DNA from: Amoebidium appalachense
Lineage: Eukaryota; Protista; Ichthyosporea
NCBI GenBank assembly: GCA_963693365.1
Contig: CAVNZM010000014.1
Coordinates: forward strand, 2,480,001 to 2,544,000
DNA: 64,000 nt
Reading direction: 5' to 3'
Shown here: positions 61,025 to 64,000 of the stretch, piece after piece
How the letters are laid out: each line of letters begins with the position of its first letter
How positions within the stretch are numbered: position 1 is the first letter of the stretch
Translations under genes and position numbers: made by a program
Notes under the pieces: model-generated
Databases searched by the model: none
The model's input: the letters and a program-made list of their open reading frames with translations, nothing else
What the model was told of the DNA's origin: nothing

Positions 61025-62339
61025 TATGTTGCATTACGGTGATTAGAGTAATTAAATGAAGATGGCATTACTTCTGCTGTAGGGAGTATATTCCCGATAA
61101 AAGACCACATGTTATAAACCCCCCTCCCCTCCCCCCCCCCTCCCAATGAAATTCATTATACTTTAGCGTCGCCTCCTGGAAGACCTTGGGTATTATATTT
61201 ATGCTTAGTAAGAAAAGAAATAAAACCAAGCATCATGATATGCAAATTAATATTCGCGAGTAACATATAACCGGCGGCTCCACTCATTAATAATGAGTCT
61301 ATATATGGCATCTACGTATACCTTACACCTAGCTATCCTAGCAGCATTGCACATATTGACGCTGAAATCTCCTACCCATTACGTCCTCGACAAAGGAAAA
61401 AGATTGAACCCATAGAATTCATTGAGAAGCCTTGGTTTGTTCTGCAGTTAATAAAGACACCAATCATGCACCATTCTCCTATTAAAATAATATGGAAGTT
61501 AGTATTTCTGGGGTTCATGTGCAGTTCAATTCCGAACCACAAATGATCTATCGATAGGGAGGGAGATTTGTCAGTATGGGGAGCATAGCACTATATAGGG
61601 TATGAGCATGTCGTAGGAACACGGGGCTAGGGGGTGCTTGGGTGCAACGACCAGAGTAAGCATTTTAGGTTAGGCTTCCCCCTCAATATGGTGTATGGGA
61701 GGACAACTACCCGGCATGCACTGTGCCGGCAGGGGGGGGGGGGGGGGGGGAGGGGGGGAGGGGGGGGGAGGGAGGGAGGGAGGGAGAGGGAGGGAGGGAG
61801 GGAGGATGGGAGGGAGGGAGGGGAGGTGGGGGTGGGGGATGGGGAGGGGGGGGGGGGGGGGGGGGGGGGGAAGGTAGGGGGGGGGGGGGGGGAATTCGAA
61901 TAAGCTAATGCAATTTTATGAGAAGATGTGTGGATGGAGAGACAGACGTACGGGGTAGGAGCCGGGAAAGGTGTGTGTTAGCTTGTGTGTGCCACGTACA
62001 GCGTGTTTTGAAAAAGCCAATGGATAACTGGATTCCAGCAATAATGTGCACACAGCTAATAACTATCAACTGGTGACCATGTCTAAACCTACGTGAATGT
62101 GCAGCATGTTTCTGAGAGGATCAAGACGGGGGGAAGGGGACAAGGGGGAGGGGCGGGGGGGGGGGGGGGGGGGGGGGGGGGGGATGCAGGCTTTTGAGGT
62201 GCCTTGAACCAACATGTTTTTTTTTTTTGTTTTTTTTTGCTCTTAGCATTTTATAACCCCTGATACCTAAGTGATATAAAGAATCATTGACTCAAGACTC
62301 AACCATACTGCAATGCCGCAACACCCAGAAAATTATAAA

Positions 62340-62630
62340 GACCGGCACACACACAGCACACGCAGGCAGGCACACGCAGGCAGGCACATAGCAGGCACGC
62401 AGGCGCACACACGCAACAAGCGCACACACACAGCAGGCAGGCAGGCACACACACGCAACAGGTGCACACACGCAGCAGGCAGGCAGGCACACACACACAG
62501 CAGGCAGGCAGGCACACACACGCAGCAGGCACGCAGGCACACACGTAGCGGGCACGCAGGCACACACACGCAGCAGGCCCACACACACGCAGCAGGCCCA
62601 TACACACGCAGCAGGCACACAGGCACACAC
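62340..62630. repeat. Compound microsatellite (GCAG)n(CA)n
   Basis: Reiterated GCAGCAGGCAGGCACACACAC variants. Confidence 0.85.
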
Positions 62631-63268
62631 CTGTGGCGTGGGTCAAGAAAACATACTGCCACCCACACTCACACGTCACACGTGTTTACTACTTAAAGGT
62701 TTTCCTTGGGTACTCATTCGCGTCACATTTAGCAAAAAAATCACTGAAAATACAATGTTTAACTGTAATATTATATCCCCCCCCCCCCTCCCCCCCCCCC
62801 CCCCCCCCCCTTCCTCCCCCCTCGCCCCGGCTGTCGCTCCCCCACCTCCGTTTCTCGGTCCTCCTCGTTTCGATAACATATCCTCTTGATGAGAAACAGA
62901 AGATTTCTGACGAAAAGAATAATAAAAAAAATCACTCTCTTTACATGCGCTCCTGGCCCTGTGTACACGGCGCTTCATTCTCCCCATTTCTCATCTAAGC
63001 AACCTAGCTGTATGCCCTCCGTGTTCATGGTTACAACAGGACATATGTATTATCATAGCTCACAGGCTTCAACATCCTCAAAGTTTACTAAAATACCCTA
63101 ATCTAATATATTGTAAAGGAACCATAAATTTTAGCCGACCGTGTGCATAGTGCGTACCGACACCGCACATGCGATCAATCCGTAACCCTTCGACTGGTGT
63201 TCTGTTCCACTCTCGAAGAGATTTCCTAAGAAAATTTCGCTTATAGAAAGGTGTTTATGCTGCCCTGG

Positions 63269-63378
63269 TTAGATTTGGAGCAAAACCTTGCACTTTTCGT
63301 AGGCAACATAGCTGATGCTGCATGCCGGGATAGCTTTGAAAAGGTTCGGGCCCAGCCCCCTGTACAGAGCCGTAAAAC
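63269..63378 (-). CDS. Mitochondrial carrier (SLC25, SCaMC/ATP-Mg/Pi-carrier-like), terminal exon only
   Basis: After the acceptor CTGCAG the exon reads (G)FTALYRGLGPNLFKAIPACSISYVAYEKCKVLLQI*, the typical end of the third carrier repeat. Upstream exons lie beyond the window. Confidence 0.85.
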
Positions 63379-63469
63379 CTGCAGGTGTTTGTGTAAGTGT
63401 GTGTGTTGTGTGTATGCGGTGCTTGGGTGTGTGTGTGACGTTGTGTCTGTGTCTGTATGTTTGTGTGGT

Positions 63470-63501
<32 letters not shown>

Positions 63502-63794
63502 GAGAGAGGGAGAGAGAGAGAGAGGAGAGAGAGAGAGGTGTGTTGAGGGAAGAGGGGGGGAGAGCGGAAAGGGGGGGGAGGGGGGGGGGGTGATGCATGC
63601 ATTTGAGGGTTGGAGACATGGAGGAGGAGACGAGACGTGGGAGGGGGGGGGGAGGGGAAGGGGGGGGAGGGGGGAGGGGAAGAGGGGGGGGGGGTGGGGA
63701 GGGGTAATGCATTAGTGGGTTGGAAATATGGAATAGGAGACACCAAAAGGCAAAACCCAAAACGTCACAAGGATAAAAAGGGGAAGGCGTATGT

Positions 63795-63846
<52 letters not shown>

Positions 63847-64000
63847 TGGAGGTGAAGGTATGTGTGCGTGTGTATGTGTGTGTGTGCGCGCGCGTGTGTG
63901 TGTGCGTGTGCGTGCGTCCGTAGTCCGTGCGTGCCTGCGTGCGTGCGTGTGATTGTGTGATTGTGTGTGTGTTAGTGTGTGTGTGTGTGTGTGTGTGTGT

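Overview
Intron-rich eukaryotic genomic DNA, not prokaryotic. It is saturated with poly-C/poly-G tracts and CA/GT microsatellites, so nearly all ORFs in the supplied track are artefacts. Gene content suggests a unicellular opisthokont, possibly a holozoan such as an ichthyosporean (inference only). Splice models built by hand from GT-AG sites and matching phases give: the 3' part of a WDR82/Swd2 gene (+), a JAZF1-like zinc-finger gene (-), a Smaug/Vts1-type SAM gene (-), a complete 10-exon cytochrome-b5-fused front-end fatty acid desaturase (-), a small single-pass membrane protein (+), the last exon of an SLC25 carrier (-), and a tentative orphan spliced gene (-). The most unusual non-coding signals are four. 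(1) A gene-free stretch of about 17 kb holds about 12 diverged copies of a ~190-250 nt element whose hairpins show compensatory and G.U changes, a candidate structured-RNA array. (2) A 5'-truncated retroposon family always sits in poly-C tracts. (3) Degenerate copies of exon-intron junctions recur inside introns. (4) Many 3' splice sites lack a polypyrimidine tract. Several MITEs, a long-TIR element and minisatellites are also present. Homopolymer lengths may be unreliable.
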